A stretch of 64,000 bases of DNA from assembly GCA_963663805.2 (NCBI GenBank), contig CAXXMR010000030.1:1-64000 (forward strand), read 5' to 3'. This DNA is from Sedimentisphaerales bacterium (GTDB lineage Bacteria; Planctomycetota; Phycisphaerae; Sedimentisphaerales; SM23-30). The position numbers and the translations under genes were made by a program. The notes beneath the pieces are model-generated. The model saw only the letters and a program-made list of their open reading frames with translations. It was not told the origin of the DNA and did no database searches. Below are positions 62,414 to 64,000 of this stretch, in pieces (the stretch's first letter is position 1; every line of letters starts with the position of its first letter).

Positions 62414-64000
62414 TGCTGCAATTACGTAAATATCAACAGGAAGCCGTGGATGCTGTTTATCAGCATTTACGGCAGCGGGATGATAATCCCTGTGTGGTAC
62501 TGCCCACCGGAACCGGCAAGAGTCTCTGCATAGCCCAGATTGTTACCGACGCGGTAAACCTGTGGAACGGTCGAGTACTGGTATTGGCGCATGTCAAGGA
62601 ACTGCTCGAACAGAATGCCGAGAAGATTCAGGTGCTCTGCCCCGATGTTAAACTGGGGATTTATTCGGCCGGACTGAACCGGCGCGATACGGACAATCCC
62701 GTGATTGTCGCTGGTATCCAGTCCGTCTATAAACGCGCCTGCGAACTGGGCCCCTTCGATCTGATTATTATCGACGAGGCACATTTGCTCAGTCCCGACA
62801 GTGAGACCATGTACCAGCAGTTCCTCAAAGACGCGAAGATTGTCAATCCCCACATCAGAATCGTGGGCATGACCGCCACGCCGTACCGTCTCAAAGGTGG
62901 TCTCATCTGTAAACCCGAAAATATCCTCAATCACATCTGTTATGAAGCAGGCATTCGGGAAATGATTGTGCAGGGATATCTCGCCAAACTTAAGTCCCGC
63001 AGCGGCAAGACGAAGGCCCGCCTGGAGAATCTGCATATCCGGGGCGGTGAATTCATCGCTGCCGAGATGGAGGCAGCCATGGACCAGGATTATCTGGTGC
63101 GCAGTGCCTGCCGGGAGATTGTCGAACTCACCGAGAATCGAAACAGCGTACTCATTTTTACCACCAGTGTGGCTCATTGTGAGCATGTGGCCGCCGAGAT
63201 CAGCAAAATCTCGCAGCAGGAATGCAGCATGGTCACCGGTGATACCCCCGCTGTTGAACGAGCCGAGATACTGGCGAGGTTCAAGGGCGAAACCATCACT
63301 TCGGATTTGTTCGACGGAACCAAACCGCCTCTGAAGTATCTGGCCAATGTCAATGTCCTTACCACCGGTTTTGATGCCACCAATATTGATTGTGTCGTGT
63401 TGTTACGGCCGACAGCCTCGGTGGGACTCTACGTTCAAATGATCGGTCGTGGTACTCGTCTTCATCCCGGCAAAGGGAACTGCTTAATTCTTGACTATGG
63501 CGGTAATGTCCTGCGGCATGGCCCGGTAGATGCGGTGTCGGTTCCGGATGAGAAGAATGGTTCCGGCGAGGCCCCCGCCAAGGAATGCCCTGAATGCCAG
63601 GCCCTCATCCATGCCGCTTATGCCGTCTGTCCGGAATGTGGTTTTGAGTTCCCGGCTCCTAATAAGAGCCGCCATGAAGCGAAAGCTGATACGGCGGCGG
63701 TGCTCACCGGTGAAATTGAAGATAACGAATACAGCGTTCAGGATGTTTTTTATGCGGTACATACCAAACGCGGCGCGGACGAAAACACACCCCGGACCAT
63801 GCGGGTGCAATATCAGGTGGGCTGGCACCATTACGTCAGCGAGTGGGTATGCCCGGAACATAGCGGTTGGGCCCGACAGAAGTTCGAGAAATGGTGGAAC
63901 CAGCGTTCTCTGTGTCCACCGCCCCGGAACGCCCATGAAGCGGTTCTGCTGGCTGAAGATGGCGCCCTGGCCCGCACGAAGATGATTACCGTGCGCAGTG
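62413..64000 (+). CDS. DEAD/DEAH (RadD/YejH-like) SF2 helicase, runs off the window end
   Basis: LRKYQ, LPTGTGKS, IIDEAH, TATP, LTTGFD, QMIGRG.R, C-terminal CPEC..CPEC zinc finger. Confidence 0.9.
   Translation, partial: MLQLRKYQQEAVDAVYQHLRQRDDNPCVVLPTGTGKSLCIAQIVTDAVNLWNGRVLVLAHVKELLEQNAEKIQVLCPDVKLGIYSAGLNRRDTDNPVIVAGIQSVYKRACELGPFDLIIIDEAHLLSPDSETMYQQFLKDAKIVNPHIRIVGMTATPYRLKGGLICKPENILNHICYEAGIREMIVQGYLAKLKSRSGKTKARLENLHIRGGEFIAAEMEAAMDQDYLVRSACREIVELTENRNSVLIFTTSVAHCEHVAAEISKISQQECSMVTGDTPAVERAEILARFKGETITSDLFDGTKPPLKYLANVNVLTTGFDATNIDCVVLLRPTASVGLYVQMIGRGTRLHPGKGNCLILDYGGNVLRHGPVDAVSVPDEKNGSGEAPAKECPECQALIHAAYAVCPECGFEFPAPNKSRHEAKADTAAVLTGEIEDNEYSVQDVFYAVHTKRGADENTPRTMRVQYQVGWHHYVSEWVCPEHSGWARQKFEKWWNQRSLCPPPRNAHEAVLLAEDGALARTKMITVRS

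Larger units (their letters stand above)
45352..64000 (+). mobile_element. Prophage-like integrative element (large serine recombinase type), continuing past the window end
   Basis: DUF2924-LSR-HTH triad, regulators, sigma, recombination/replication genes, mom-like gene, helicase. No virion genes within the window. Confidence 0.75.

Noticed and set aside
62467..63985. ORF-track entries over the last 1.6 kb and other short antisense ORFs across the window
   Set aside because: They are shadows of longer well-supported genes; here the real gene is the + strand helicase from 62413.
1..64000. CRISPR array, rRNA, integron cassette array
   Set aside because: No regularly spaced repeats, cas genes, rRNA-like tracts or integron integrase seen.

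Overview
The window looks like Planctomycetota DNA, probably Phycisphaerae. The evidence is a DUF1559-type prepilin, PEP-CTERM proteins and many dockerin-like C-termini; the taxonomy is inferred. Layout: (1) 1-4558 is a remnant of a prophage-like element, with an adenine MTase, a DUF1599-like gene, an IS21 copy and a truncated beta-propeller gene, ending in an att-like 68-bp motif. (2) 4565-21630 is a host catabolic and surface-protein locus: GDPD, three paralogous secreted proteins, prepilin, GlpT-like MFS, PEP-CTERM, SorC-type regulator, dehydrogenase and PfkB kinase. (3) 21589-45351 is an IS-scarred island with a DDE transposase, a CzcCBA-like efflux operon, a second inverted IS21, a polyprenol-phosphate/GT-C glycosylation cluster with Cys-rich secreted paralogs, IS3 and IS66. 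It ends in a second copy of the 68-bp motif. (4) ~45350-64000 is the left part of a prophage-like integrative element: DUF2924 plus large serine recombinase, surface-protein cargo, ECF-like sigma, RecE/Sak4/SSB-like genes, Hjc-like resolvase, ParB-like protein, Mom-like protein and helicase. The top finding is a near-perfect but atypical tRNA-Gly(TCC) cloverleaf at 61660-61732. It is the 5' end of the mom-like DNA-hypermodification gene, and the start codon sits in its D-loop. All calls were made by eye; no database searches were run.
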